A stretch of 62,168 bases of DNA, counting the filler. It is 4 parts of 4 records of this genome, joined end to end, with 100 filler letters (N's around TTAATTAATTAA, not from the genome) between each part and the next. Parts side by side here need not be neighbours in the genome. Positions count along the whole stretch, not along the records: positions 43,615 to 62,168 come from SRR20825006_77; 3 more parts are not named here. One strand, 5' to 3'. The position numbers and the translations under genes are program-made. Under the pieces are notes generated by a model that did not search any database, was not told the origin of the DNA, and was given only the letters and a program-made list of their open reading frames with translations. Positions 49,905-59,262 of this stretch are shown one piece after another. Each line of letters starts with the position of its first letter. Position 1 is the first letter of the stretch.

Positions 49905-50318
49905 ATGCTGAAGATCACATCGATCGCACTGGCTGTTGTGGCAGCCATTTCGCTTTCAACGCCGGTTATGGCAGCCTCGCCGGATGGCACATGGCTGACT
50001 GAAAGCGGCAAAACGCAGGTTAGGATTGCACCTTGTGGCAGCGCATATTGTGGAACTGTTGTCTGGATGAAGTCACCCGGCAAGGACGCAAAGAATCCGG
50101 ACCCGGCAAAACAGAACCGCGATCTTGTGGGCACGCAAATGCTGTACGGCCTCAAACCCGACGGTGAGGATAGTTGGAAAGGGAAGCTTTACAATTTCGA
50201 AAACGGCAAAACCTACACCGGCAAAATGCAACTTACCGGCGCAACCAGCCTGAAGCTTTACGGCTGTATACTCGGCGGCGCGATATGCAAAAGCCAGACC
50301 TGGAAGAAGGTAAAGTAG
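49905..50318 (+). CDS. DUF2147-family secreted protein
   Basis: GTWLT..G..VRIAPCG..YCG, D.KNPDP, WKGKLYN.ENGKTY and C-terminal C..QTW. Confidence 0.85.
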   Translation: MLKITSIALAVVAAISLSTPVMAASPDGTWLTESGKTQVRIAPCGSAYCGTVVWMKSPGKDAKNPDPAKQNRDLVGTQMLYGLKPDGEDSWKGKLYNFENGKTYTGKMQLTGATSLKLYGCILGGAICKSQTWKKVK

Positions 50319-50344
50319 CGAGGTTTCCGCAAACGCGGCTGGAC

Positions 50345-50381
50345 AAAAAAACGCGATCAGGAATTTAAAATCCCGATCGCG
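50345..50381 (-). terminator. Probable terminator of the fad operon
   Basis: CGCGATC...GATCGCG stem preceded on + by an A7 run (a U-tract on the - strand). Confidence 0.5.
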
Positions 50382-50451
50382 CAATAAGAAGCAGAACTGA
50401 GTGCGCCGTACTGCTCCGAAACCCGTTGTCGTGCGTCTTGAACGCAACCGA

Positions 50452-50769
50452 TTAATCGGCATCAAGTAAACTGGCAAGTTTCAGGGCCACACCTTGCGAC
50501 CCTCGAACTTTCAGTCGTCCCGTCGAAAACGCCAACATCGGACTCAACCTACCAGAAATCAGCTTGATAAGGTTATCATAAGACGTCATCAATACGGTAT
50601 CTGCATCTATTTCGCCGGTTTCATCCTTTGAAATTTCGACCACGTCACCGGTAGCGTCCAACAGAATGGAGCCTGCTCCTTTTATGTCAAACCGGACACG
50701 ATAGCCAAATTCGTCAAAGCGGTCTGCTCTTTCCTCCATCCTTGCCAGAATGTCATCTATCTCAGACAT
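50452..50769 (-). CDS. SCP2 sterol/lipid-binding domain protein
   Basis: AD...LISGRLSPMLAFSTGRLKVRGS..VALKL signature. Start ATG 50769 after AGGAGG. Confidence 0.88.
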   Translation of the reverse strand: MSEIDDILARMEERADRFDEFGYRVRFDIKGAGSILLDATGDVVEISKDETGEIDADTVLMTSYDNLIKLISGRLSPMLAFSTGRLKVRGSQGVALKLASLLDAD

Positions 50770-50858
50770 GAATGTCCTCCTTGTGCCGTGCAGATGCAAG
50801 GCAAAATTCCCTCTCTTTGGCTCCGCTGAGGCGGACCTTACGGCCCGCCTGCACCACT

Positions 50859-52649
50859 TCAGAACGCCATTTCATCCAGCGCCATCATCGTATCTTTGCC
50901 CGCACGAATGGAAGCGACAAGCCCGGCTGCCTGCGGCAGGATCTTCTGCATGAAGAAATGCGCTGTCGTCAGCTTGGCCTTGTAAAACTCAGGATCATCG
51001 CAGTCACCATCCAGCGCAGCATGGGCCACCTTGGCTGATTTCAGCCACATGAAGCCAAGCGCCACAAGGCCGAAGAGCCGAAGATATTCGGTCGCCGCAG
51101 CGCCTGCCTCTTCCGGGTCCTTCATCGCTTTCTGCGCAATTTCGCCCGTGCAGAGCTGAAGACCGCCAAAGGCCTTTGAAAGCGGCTGCACCAGATCGGC
51201 AAGGCGATCGTCGTCCACAGCCGCATCAATCTCGGCCAGCACCGGATGGAAGAAAGACCTTAGATAGCGGCCCATATGGGCAGGCATCTTGCGCCCCACC
51301 AGATCAAGCGCCTGAATACCATTGGTGCCTTCATAGATCATCGAAATCCGACTGTCGCGAACATACTGCTCCATGCCGTGATCGCGGATAAAGCCGTGAC
51401 CGCCATAGACCTGCATACCGATGGACGCCGATTCAAAGCCAAGATCGGTGAACAATGCCTTGACGATCGGTGTCATCAGAGCGGTGAAATCGTCAGCTTC
51501 CTGCCTCTTGTCCGGATCGGGATGGTGCTTCAGCATATCCAGGTTGCGCGCCACCCAGCCGCCAAGCGCCCGGCAACCTTCGGTATAGGCGCGGATAGTC
51601 ATCAACATACGCCGGACATCCGGGTGAACAATAATCGGATCAGCGGGCTTATCCGAGTGCTTTGTGCCGGACAATGACCGCCCCTGAAGCCGCTCTTTCG
51701 CATAAGCCACAGCACTTTGATAGGAGGCTTCTGCGGCACCAAGCCCTTGAATACCAACGGAAAGCCGCTCGCTGTTCATCATCGTGAACATAGCCCGCAT
51801 GCCCTTGTGCGGTTCGCCAACCAGCCAGCCGGTCGCGTCATCAAATGACATCTGGCAGGTGGCAGATGCCTTGATGCCCATCTTGTGCTCCAGACCGGAA
51901 CACGAAACGCCATTGCGCGGCCCCGGCGTTCCATCCTCGTTCGGCAGGAACTTAGGCACCAGAAACAGACTGATACCCTTGACGCCTTTCGGTGCATCGG
52001 GCAGACGCGCCAGAACCAGATGGATGATATTTTCCGTCAGGTCGTGCTCGCCGGCTGAAATGAATATCTTTGAGCCGGTGATCTTGCAAGACCCATCATC
52101 CTGCGGCTCGGCACGGGTGCGCAAAAGCCCCAGATCGGTTCCGCAATGAGCTTCCGTCAGGCACATCGTGCCCGACCAGGTGCCATCGACCATTTTCGGC
52201 AGGTAGCGTTCTTTCAGCTCCTGTGAAGCGTGATCGGCAATCGCCTGATAGGCACCATGGGTCAGCCCCGGATAAAGCCCGAAGGACAGGTTGGCCGCAC
52301 AGCTCATCTCCTCCACCAGCTTGTTGATGGTTTCCGGCAGCCCCTGACCGCCCCATTCGGGATCAGACGCCATCGCCGTCCAACCGCTTTCGGCAAAGGC
52401 CTTATAGGCTTCCTTGAAGCCCTTGGGCGTGCGCACGACACCGTTTTCCAGCACGCAACCGTCCTCGTCGCCGGATGCGTTCAGCGGCAGCAGAACCTCG
52501 GAGCAGAATTTTCCGGCCTCCTCCAGAATGGCATCGGCAAGGTCGGGGGTTACATCTTCAAGACCGGGAAACTCGGCGTAATCGCTGATGCCAATCAGTT
52601 CGTGGAGAACAAAACGCATGTCCCGGAGCGGTGCATTGTAAACTTGCAT
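50859..52649 (-). CDS. Acyl-CoA dehydrogenase (long form, about 600 aa)
   Basis: YNAPLRDM, GTMCLTEAHCGTDL, GSKIFIS.GEHD, EHKMGI and YEGTNGIQALDL motifs. Confidence 0.95.
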   Translation of the reverse strand: MQVYNAPLRDMRFVLHELIGISDYAEFPGLEDVTPDLADAILEEAGKFCSEVLLPLNASGDEDGCVLENGVVRTPKGFKEAYKAFAESGWTAMASDPEWGGQGLPETINKLVEEMSCAANLSFGLYPGLTHGAYQAIADHASQELKERYLPKMVDGTWSGTMCLTEAHCGTDLGLLRTRAEPQDDGSCKITGSKIFISAGEHDLTENIIHLVLARLPDAPKGVKGISLFLVPKFLPNEDGTPGPRNGVSCSGLEHKMGIKASATCQMSFDDATGWLVGEPHKGMRAMFTMMNSERLSVGIQGLGAAEASYQSAVAYAKERLQGRSLSGTKHSDKPADPIIVHPDVRRMLMTIRAYTEGCRALGGWVARNLDMLKHHPDPDKRQEADDFTALMTPIVKALFTDLGFESASIGMQVYGGHGFIRDHGMEQYVRDSRISMIYEGTNGIQALDLVGRKMPAHMGRYLRSFFHPVLAEIDAAVDDDRLADLVQPLSKAFGGLQLCTGEIAQKAMKDPEEAGAAATEYLRLFGLVALGFMWLKSAKVAHAALDGDCDDPEFYKAKLTTAHFFMQKILPQAAGLVASIRAGKDTMMALDEMAF

Positions 52650-52666
52650 GATGAGAGCTCCTCGCC

Positions 52667-54988
52667 TCAGTTCCTTAAAGGTTTTCCGGTTTCGACGACG
52701 CTTTCAAAACGAGCCAGTGTCTTCGTGGTTTTGACCAGCCGCATGAAGCTTTCATGCTCCAGCTCCATGATCGCGTCCTCATCCATCTTGTCGAAAATAT
52801 CAGTGTTTCCGCCGGAAAGAACGGTCGCCAGTTCACCTGCCACCGTCAGATCATGCGGGGTGGCAATGCCGCGCCGGGCAAAGCCTTCGGCTGCCATTTG
52901 AAAGGCAACCTTGCCTGCCGGTCCCGGCAGTACGATCTCCTCCGGCTCCGGCGGCTGATAACCGTCGACCATCGAAAGCGCTTTTGCTTTCGCATCTGCC
53001 AGCAGACGATAGCGGTTCATCGTCACTGCATCGTCCTTTTTCAGGAACATCAGCTCACGCGCTTCTTCCGCCGATTTGGCAACCGTTGCCGTCGAGATCA
53101 TCTCGAAAACCTTTGAAGCCGCAGGCATCGGGCCGTTTGGCAGCTTGCCGCTTTTTTGCCAGCGGGTCAGCATTTCCTTGCACCCGCCCCATGCAGGCAC
53201 CAGACCGACGCCGCATTCGACAAGACCAATATAGCTTTCGGCATGGGCCTGAACCGCATCGACATGCAGCAGCACTTCGCAACCACCACCAAGCGCCATA
53301 CCGGATGGCGCAGCCACGACCGGGAACGGGGCGTACTTCATTTTCTTGTAGGTGCTTTGTCCGCTGGAAACCAGCTTCTCGATTTCACCCCAGGCGGCAA
53401 TGTTGGCCACGAAAAGCGCCAGCCCCAGATTGGCTCCGACGGAGAAATTCGTGCCTTCATTATAGATTACCAGCGCCTTGTATTTGCGTTTCACAAGCCC
53501 AAGGGTCTTGTCGAGCAGATCCATGATCTGGTCGTCCATGGCGTTAGCCTTGGAGATGAACTCGAAGCAAAGCACATCATCGCCGATATCCCACACGGCA
53601 GCCGAGCCATTTTTCAGAAGCGGTTTTTGCGTGCGCTTGAAGTCCTCAAGCATGATAACGCCTTCGGGACGCGCGATATCACGATAAGAGCCATCGGGTT
53701 GCAACGCCTGACGACGGCCATCTTCAATACGGTAGAAGGTCTTGCCACCAAGCTCTTTCAGAAGCTCCGGCACGACGATGCCCCGTTCGCGCATCTTGGC
53801 AACCAGCCACTCACCACCGATCATATCGATCAGCTCAAACGGCCCCCAACGCCAGTTATAGCCAAGGCGCATGACCTCATCGATTGAAGCGATATCATCG
53901 GCAGCGTCGCCCACCAGGCGCGCTGCGTAGGCAAGTGTATTGGTCATAACGCCAAGGGCATACCGCCCCATCGGACCATCCATTTCCAGAACCTGACGTG
54001 GTTTTTTTGCCGCCTTCAACTTTGGATCATCCGGCTTGACCGAAAGCCGGTATTCGCCGGTTTCAAGGTCAATGCCTTCCTTGATCTTCTGGCCGTTTTC
54101 CCGCTTCAGACGGTAGAATCCGCCTTTACCCTTGCGGCCGGTATAGCCATCTTCGATCATCCTGTTGACGAGCGGAAGGTCTCTGCTGGTCTCATGGAAC
54201 AGATCGCCTTCCGGCAATGTGCTTTTCAGGCTGGCGCCGATATGTGGCATCAGATCCAGACCAACCAGATCGATAAGGCCGAAAATACCGGTTTTGGGGA
54301 TACCGAAGGGTTTGCCCATCACGGCATCGGCCTCTTCAACTGTCAGCCCTTCTTCCAGCGCTTTCAAAACGCCGAGCTGAATCCATGTCGTGCCGAGACG
54401 ATTGGCGACAAAACCGGGACGATCATTGCAATGCACAACACTCTTGCCGAGCTTGCGGTCGGCAAAGTCTTCCACGATACCGGCCAGCGCTGTATCTGTT
54501 TTTGCACCAAGAACCAGTTCCATCAGCCGCATATAACGCGGTGGATTGAAGAAGTGGGTGATCATGAAATCCCGCTGAAAGCTCTCCGGCATCCCATCGA
54601 CCAGCTTTTCAAGCGGTATGGTCGATGTGTTGGACGAAATCGCCGTACCGGGCTTTCTCACCGCATCAATCTTGCGGTAGAGCGCCTGCTTCACATCCAG
54701 CTTTTCAAGCACGACTTCGACAATCCAGTCGACATCGGCAAGCTTTCCGAGGTCGTCTTCAATATTGCCGGTCTCGACCAGTTTTGCCGCCCGCTTTGAC
54801 ATGAACGGTGCGGGATCGGTCTTCATCATTTTCTGCAACGCGGTGTCGGCGATAGTATTCCGGTTTTCCGCCCCTTCCGGCACAATATCCAGAAGCAGCA
54901 CGGAATGACCGGCATTGGCGACCTGGGCGGCGATGCCGGACCCCATGACGCCGGCGCCGATAACCGCGACCTTGTTGATCTTGCTCAT
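52667..54988 (-). CDS. 3-hydroxyacyl-CoA dehydrogenase/enoyl-CoA hydratase (HAD-first, FadN-like)
   Basis: GAGVMGSG, SNTS, HFFNPPRYM and PGFVANR, then hydratase FSVGANL, ALGGGCE and E.GVGLVP; ends TGKPLRN. Start ATG 54988. Confidence 0.92.
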   Translation of the reverse strand: MSKINKVAVIGAGVMGSGIAAQVANAGHSVLLLDIVPEGAENRNTIADTALQKMMKTDPAPFMSKRAAKLVETGNIEDDLGKLADVDWIVEVVLEKLDVKQALYRKIDAVRKPGTAISSNTSTIPLEKLVDGMPESFQRDFMITHFFNPPRYMRLMELVLGAKTDTALAGIVEDFADRKLGKSVVHCNDRPGFVANRLGTTWIQLGVLKALEEGLTVEEADAVMGKPFGIPKTGIFGLIDLVGLDLMPHIGASLKSTLPEGDLFHETSRDLPLVNRMIEDGYTGRKGKGGFYRLKRENGQKIKEGIDLETGEYRLSVKPDDPKLKAAKKPRQVLEMDGPMGRYALGVMTNTLAYAARLVGDAADDIASIDEVMRLGYNWRWGPFELIDMIGGEWLVAKMRERGIVVPELLKELGGKTFYRIEDGRRQALQPDGSYRDIARPEGVIMLEDFKRTQKPLLKNGSAAVWDIGDDVLCFEFISKANAMDDQIMDLLDKTLGLVKRKYKALVIYNEGTNFSVGANLGLALFVANIAAWGEIEKLVSSGQSTYKKMKYAPFPVVAAPSGMALGGGCEVLLHVDAVQAHAESYIGLVECGVGLVPAWGGCKEMLTRWQKSGKLPNGPMPAASKVFEMISTATVAKSAEEARELMFLKKDDAVTMNRYRLLADAKAKALSMVDGYQPPEPEEIVLPGPAGKVAFQMAAEGFARRGIATPHDLTVAGELATVLSGGNTDIFDKMDEDAIMELEHESFMRLVKTTKTLARFESVVETGKPLRN

Positions 54989-56124
54989 CAGACACGCTCC
55001 AGAATGGTTGCAATGCCCTGCCCGCCGCCGATGCACTGCGTGGCAAGTGCGTAACGGCCACCTTCACGCTGCAACAAAGACGCAGCCTTGCCGACAATGC
55101 GTGCGCCGGTAGCGCCCAGCGGATGACCGAGCGCAATAGCCCCGCCATCGAGATTGACATTGTCGAGACCAAGTCCAAGTTCACGCATGCAGGCAATCGA
55201 CTGACTGGCAAAGGCTTCGTTGAGTTCCACGACATCAATCGCGCCGATTTCAAGACCGGCACGGGCCAGAGCTTTCTTCGTTGCGCCAACGGGACCAATG
55301 CCCATGATTTCCGGTGCGCAGCCGGAAATACCGACGGAGGTGAGACGCGCAAGCGGCGTAAGTCCATGCTTTTCAGCATAGGCTTCCGAGCAGACCAGAA
55401 CCGCCGACGCACCGTCTGTCAGCGGTGAGGACGTACCCGCCGTCACCGTACCATCTTCGGAAAAGGCCGGTTTCAGGCCAGCCAGCACCTCGGCCGTGGT
55501 TTCCGGGCGAATGCAGCCATCCGTGCTGACAGCCGTGCCGTTGACCCTGATCGGGATGATTTCATCAGAGAACTTGCCGGAATCGCGCGCAGCAGTCGCT
55601 TTTTCCTGGCTTTTGGCCGCAAAGCTTTCCTGCTCGTCACGCGAAATCTGCCATTTGGACGCAACGTTTTCCGCCGTGTCACCCATGCCAATATAAGCAC
55701 CCGGAATTTTGGCATGAAGGCCCGGATTGGGCAGCGGGTTATAGCCCATCATCGGCACCCGGCTCATGCTTTCAATGCCGGCGCAGACGAAGACTTCTCC
55801 CGCACCAAGCTGGATCTGGCCTGCAGCCATATGCACCGATTGCATCGACGAACCGCAAAAACGGTTGACCGTGACACCGCCGACCGATTGCGGCAGGCCA
55901 GCAAGAAGAACAACGAGGCGGGCGAGATTAAGCCCCTGCTCCGCTTCAGGGAATGCGCAACCGAGGATCAGATCCTCGATATCGTCCGGATTGACACCGG
56001 ATTGCTCCACCAGCCCACTGACGACCTGAGCAGCGAGATCATCCGGGCGCACCCGTTTAAGATCACCCTTGTGTGCAAGTGAAAAAGGCGAGCGCTTATA
56101 GCCCGCGATGACGACATTCGTCAT
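54988..56124 (-). CDS. Acetyl-CoA C-acyltransferase (thiolase)
   Basis: NRFCGSS, NEAFA, GHPLGATG and CIGGGQG motifs. Start ATG 56124. Confidence 0.95.
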   Translation of the reverse strand: MTNVVIAGYKRSPFSLAHKGDLKRVRPDDLAAQVVSGLVEQSGVNPDDIEDLILGCAFPEAEQGLNLARLVVLLAGLPQSVGGVTVNRFCGSSMQSVHMAAGQIQLGAGEVFVCAGIESMSRVPMMGYNPLPNPGLHAKIPGAYIGMGDTAENVASKWQISRDEQESFAAKSQEKATAARDSGKFSDEIIPIRVNGTAVSTDGCIRPETTAEVLAGLKPAFSEDGTVTAGTSSPLTDGASAVLVCSEAYAEKHGLTPLARLTSVGISGCAPEIMGIGPVGATKKALARAGLEIGAIDVVELNEAFASQSIACMRELGLGLDNVNLDGGAIALGHPLGATGARIVGKAASLLQREGGRYALATQCIGGGQGIATILERV

Positions 56125-56233
56125 GGCATCCTCCCGAAAACCTGAATACTGTTGATGAAAAAAGGCATGCGACAGCACGCGCCCGTCACGACTGTGGCGG
56201 CCCGTCCATACCTTTGATAGCGAATAATATGGT

Positions 56234-56662
56234 CTAGCTGGCGAGCTTGTCGGTCTTGTGCGAGAGGCGCTCCTCGGCCTCGCGCTCGACATTCTTCAGC
56301 TCTGTCAGTGTCAGTTCGAGCGCTTCTTTCTGCTCTTTCAGCATGGTCACGCGTTCGCGTACTGCTTTCAGCAGGGCCGTCAACTGCTCCTGCTGGGTGC
56401 GGTCTATCTCGTAAAGATCGAGGAAATTCTTGATTTCCTGAAGCGAGAAGCCAAGTCGCTTGCCACGCAGAATGAGGATCAGACGCGCCCGGTCGCGTTG
56501 CGTGTAAATGCGTGTCTTGCCGGCGCGACCGGGACTGATAAGCCCCTTGGTCTCGTAAAACCGCACGGCTCGCGGTGTCAGCCCTAGCTCTTCGGCAAGC
56601 TGGGTTACGGTGAAGAACTGGTCCGTCACTGGAAACCTTCTTTTTTTCGAACGGCTTACCAT
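56234..56662 (-). CDS. MerR-family regulator (LiuR-like)
   Basis: TVTQLAEELGLTPRAVRFYETKGL...RDRARLILILRGKRLGFSL.EI...LDLY, the LiuR-type pattern. Confidence 0.88.
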   Translation of the reverse strand: MVSRSKKRRFPVTDQFFTVTQLAEELGLTPRAVRFYETKGLISPGRAGKTRIYTQRDRARLILILRGKRLGFSLQEIKNFLDLYEIDRTQQEQLTALLKAVRERVTMLKEQKEALELTLTELKNVEREAEERLSHKTDKLAS

Positions 56663-56689
56663 AACGGTCTCCTGCCCTATGCGTCAACA

Positions 56690-58459
56690 TCAAGACGTGC
56701 CTCCCTGTTCATCAGCCGGCCCGGCTGTGTGATGGGAAGCGCGCCTTTCCTCTTCAATCAAATCCTTCTTGGACAGCTTGCCGATCATCGTTTTCGGTAA
56801 GCTGTCACGGATTTCAATTTCACGCGGCAGTTCTATTTTCGAAAGTCGCGGCACCAGAAACGTATGAAGCTCATCGATCGAAGCATTCGCCCCTTCCCGC
56901 AAGGTTATAAAGGCCTTCGGTGCTTCACCGCGATATTCATCGCGCACACCGATGACGATCACCTCGGCGATGGCCTCATGTTCGTAAAGCGCTTCCTCGA
57001 TCACACGAGGGTAGACGTTGTAGCCCGAGCAAATGATCATATCCTTCAGACGATCCACCAGAAACAGGTAGCCGTCCTCGTCAATATAACCGACATCCCC
57101 GGTTCTCAGAGCACCATCACGCAGTACGTTTGCCGTTTCATCCGGTCTGTTCCAGTATCCGGACATGACCTGCGGTCCACGCACCCAAAGCTCACCTTTC
57201 ACGCCTTTCGGCAGCAAGATGGCCGGGTTTTCCGAATCGCGGATCTCCAGAATGGTTCCGGGCACAGGCAGGCCCGCAGAGCCATCACGCGCGGCGGCGG
57301 AATCAAAGGGATTGACGGACACCACCGGCGAGCACTCGGTCAAACCATAACCTTCCGACAGCCTGCAGCCGGTCAACGCCTCAAAATCCGATCGCACCTC
57401 CAGCGGCAATGGCGCACCGCCGGAAAGGCAGATTTTGAGCGACTCCAGATGCAGTTTACGGGTTTCGGCGACCGCATTGATGGCCCCATAGATGGTCGGC
57501 ACAGCAGGAAACAGCGTGGGTTTGCGCTTCTCCATCAGTGTGATGAGTTCTTCCTTGTTAAAGCGCGGCACCAGAATAATGGCAGCACCGATCTCAATGG
57601 CGAACAGCATACAGACCGTCATCGCGAAGACATGGAAAAACGGCAGAACCCCGACGATACTCTCTTCGCCCTCGACCAGAACCTCACAACCCGGCTGCGC
57701 CAGAATCTGACGAACATTGGCAACGAGAGCGTGATGGGAAAGCATCGCGCCTTTGGACACGCCCGTCGTACCGCCTGTATATTGCAGAACGGCGACATCT
57801 TCAGGCTCAATCGGCACATTCAATGCTGCGGCACCGTCCCCACGCTTCAACAGGGCGTCGTAGCCGATATGCCTGCCATCATCGGGTATATCCGCGCGCT
57901 CGCTCCCCTTCAAAACCTTGAACAACAGGCCCTTGGCCGCAGGCAGGGCATCCGCCATCGGGCAGACTATCACCCGCTGCAGACCGCTTTCAGCAACGAT
58001 CGGACCAAGCCCCTTATAGACCGCCTTCAGATCAAGCGTGACCATGAACTCGGTTCCGGAATCCGCGATCTGGGCGGCCAGCTCGCGACTTGTATAAAGC
58101 GGGTTGTAGTTAACGACGATACCGCCAGCTTTCAGCACAGCGAAAAAGGAAATCACCGCATAGGGTGAATTCGGCAGGCAAAGGCCAACACGCGTACCCT
58201 TCTTGACACCAGTCGCGACAAGGCCCGCCGCCATCCGATCAACCAGATCTCCGATTTCCCGGTACGTCCACGTTCGGCCAAAAAATTCGACTGCAACTTT
58301 GTCAGGAAACCGGTCAACCGCGCCCACCAGAAAATCCGGCAGCGTCGGTAATACCTCATCTGTATTGAACGGGCGAAAACCGCGCGTGCCTGCACACGCC
58401 GAACCGGCTTTGGATAAGGCAGCTTCAGCTGCCGATTGCGAATGGGCATTCTGTTTCAC
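56690..58459 (-). CDS. fadD: Long-chain fatty acid-CoA ligase
   Basis: LQYTGGTTGVSKG, EGYGLTE, GPQVM.GYW, TGD and GYNVYP motifs. GTG start after GAGGAGG. Confidence 0.92.
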   Translation of the reverse strand: MKQNAHSQSAAEAALSKAGSACAGTRGFRPFNTDEVLPTLPDFLVGAVDRFPDKVAVEFFGRTWTYREIGDLVDRMAAGLVATGVKKGTRVGLCLPNSPYAVISFFAVLKAGGIVVNYNPLYTSRELAAQIADSGTEFMVTLDLKAVYKGLGPIVAESGLQRVIVCPMADALPAAKGLLFKVLKGSERADIPDDGRHIGYDALLKRGDGAAALNVPIEPEDVAVLQYTGGTTGVSKGAMLSHHALVANVRQILAQPGCEVLVEGEESIVGVLPFFHVFAMTVCMLFAIEIGAAIILVPRFNKEELITLMEKRKPTLFPAVPTIYGAINAVAETRKLHLESLKICLSGGAPLPLEVRSDFEALTGCRLSEGYGLTECSPVVSVNPFDSAAARDGSAGLPVPGTILEIRDSENPAILLPKGVKGELWVRGPQVMSGYWNRPDETANVLRDGALRTGDVGYIDEDGYLFLVDRLKDMIICSGYNVYPRVIEEALYEHEAIAEVIVIGVRDEYRGEAPKAFITLREGANASIDELHTFLVPRLSKIELPREIEIRDSLPKTMIGKLSKKDLIEEERRASHHTAGPADEQGGTS

Positions 58460-58540
58460 GTCGGTTCCTCCTCACCGGCACCCCTCCTCAAAGGTGATAC
58501 TCCGGCAGTTTTTACTGGACATGACCAATAGGGTCCATGA

Positions 58541-58556
58541 TATACGTATACGTCAC
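58541..58556. promoter_or_regulatory. Candidate MerR/LiuR-type operator in the fadD/thioesterase divergent region
   Basis: TATACGTATACGTCAC with palindromic core ACGTATACGT. Confidence 0.6.
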
Positions 58557-58641
58557 ATTCTTTCAAGAGAAATTGTTGACTGGTGTCAAGATCAATATGA
58601 AAAACGCCAACAATTCAGATTAAACAAAGGCTTATAATGCC

Positions 58642-59229
58642 ATGTATGTTTGGGTACGACTGTTCAAGACCCTGTTCAAAGCCAGATTTTCGTCACATCT
58701 TCGACCTCCGGGCGACATTTCGGAAATTGATATGCGGGTCTGGCCACATGATCTGGATCTCAACCTACACGTGAATAATGGCCGTTATCTGACGTTAATG
58801 GATGTTGGCCGCATGGACCTTCTGTTCCGTTCCGGACTCGGGCAGCACATGCGGCAAAAGAAGTGGCAGCCAGTCCTGACCGGGCTGAATGCGCGCTATC
58901 GAAGGCCACTCGGTGTCTTCCAGCGTTTTCGCATGGAAACCGAAGTCGTAGGGTGGACTGAAAAGTCCCTGTTCATGGAACACCGGATCATCCCGCTTTC
59001 CGGCCGCAGCAAAGGCGAGATCGCCGTAACTGCCGTGGTGCGCGCAGTCATGCTTAAACCTTTCGGCGAAAAAGTGACGACCGCGGAACTCTTTGCTCCG
59101 CTCGGAGAGCTGTCCGAAAGTCCGCCACTGCCGGAAAACTGCACAATACTGTTATCGCCGGACGAACGCGCGGCATTGGCCGCAAAGGCCGACAAAATGC
59201 GTTCTCCCAGGTCTCTGGCCGGAGAATAG
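58642..59229 (+). CDS. Hotdog-fold acyl-CoA thioesterase (4HBT-like)
   Basis: VWPHDLDLNLHVNNGRYLTLMDVGR motif. Confidence 0.88.
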   Translation: MYVWVRLFKTLFKARFSSHLRPPGDISEIDMRVWPHDLDLNLHVNNGRYLTLMDVGRMDLLFRSGLGQHMRQKKWQPVLTGLNARYRRPLGVFQRFRMETEVVGWTEKSLFMEHRIIPLSGRSKGEIAVTAVVRAVMLKPFGEKVTTAELFAPLGELSESPPLPENCTILLSPDERAALAAKADKMRSPRSLAGE

Positions 59230-59262
59230 ACGCTGAAACAGCAGCATTGAGGAGGAGTATAT

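Noticed and set aside
56864..58168. 434-aa + strand ORF and other long antisense ORFs in contig D (e.g. 46009-46935, 53156-53887)
   Set aside because: They lie antisense to well-supported genes, have no recognisable motifs, and are expected shadows in GC-rich coding DNA.
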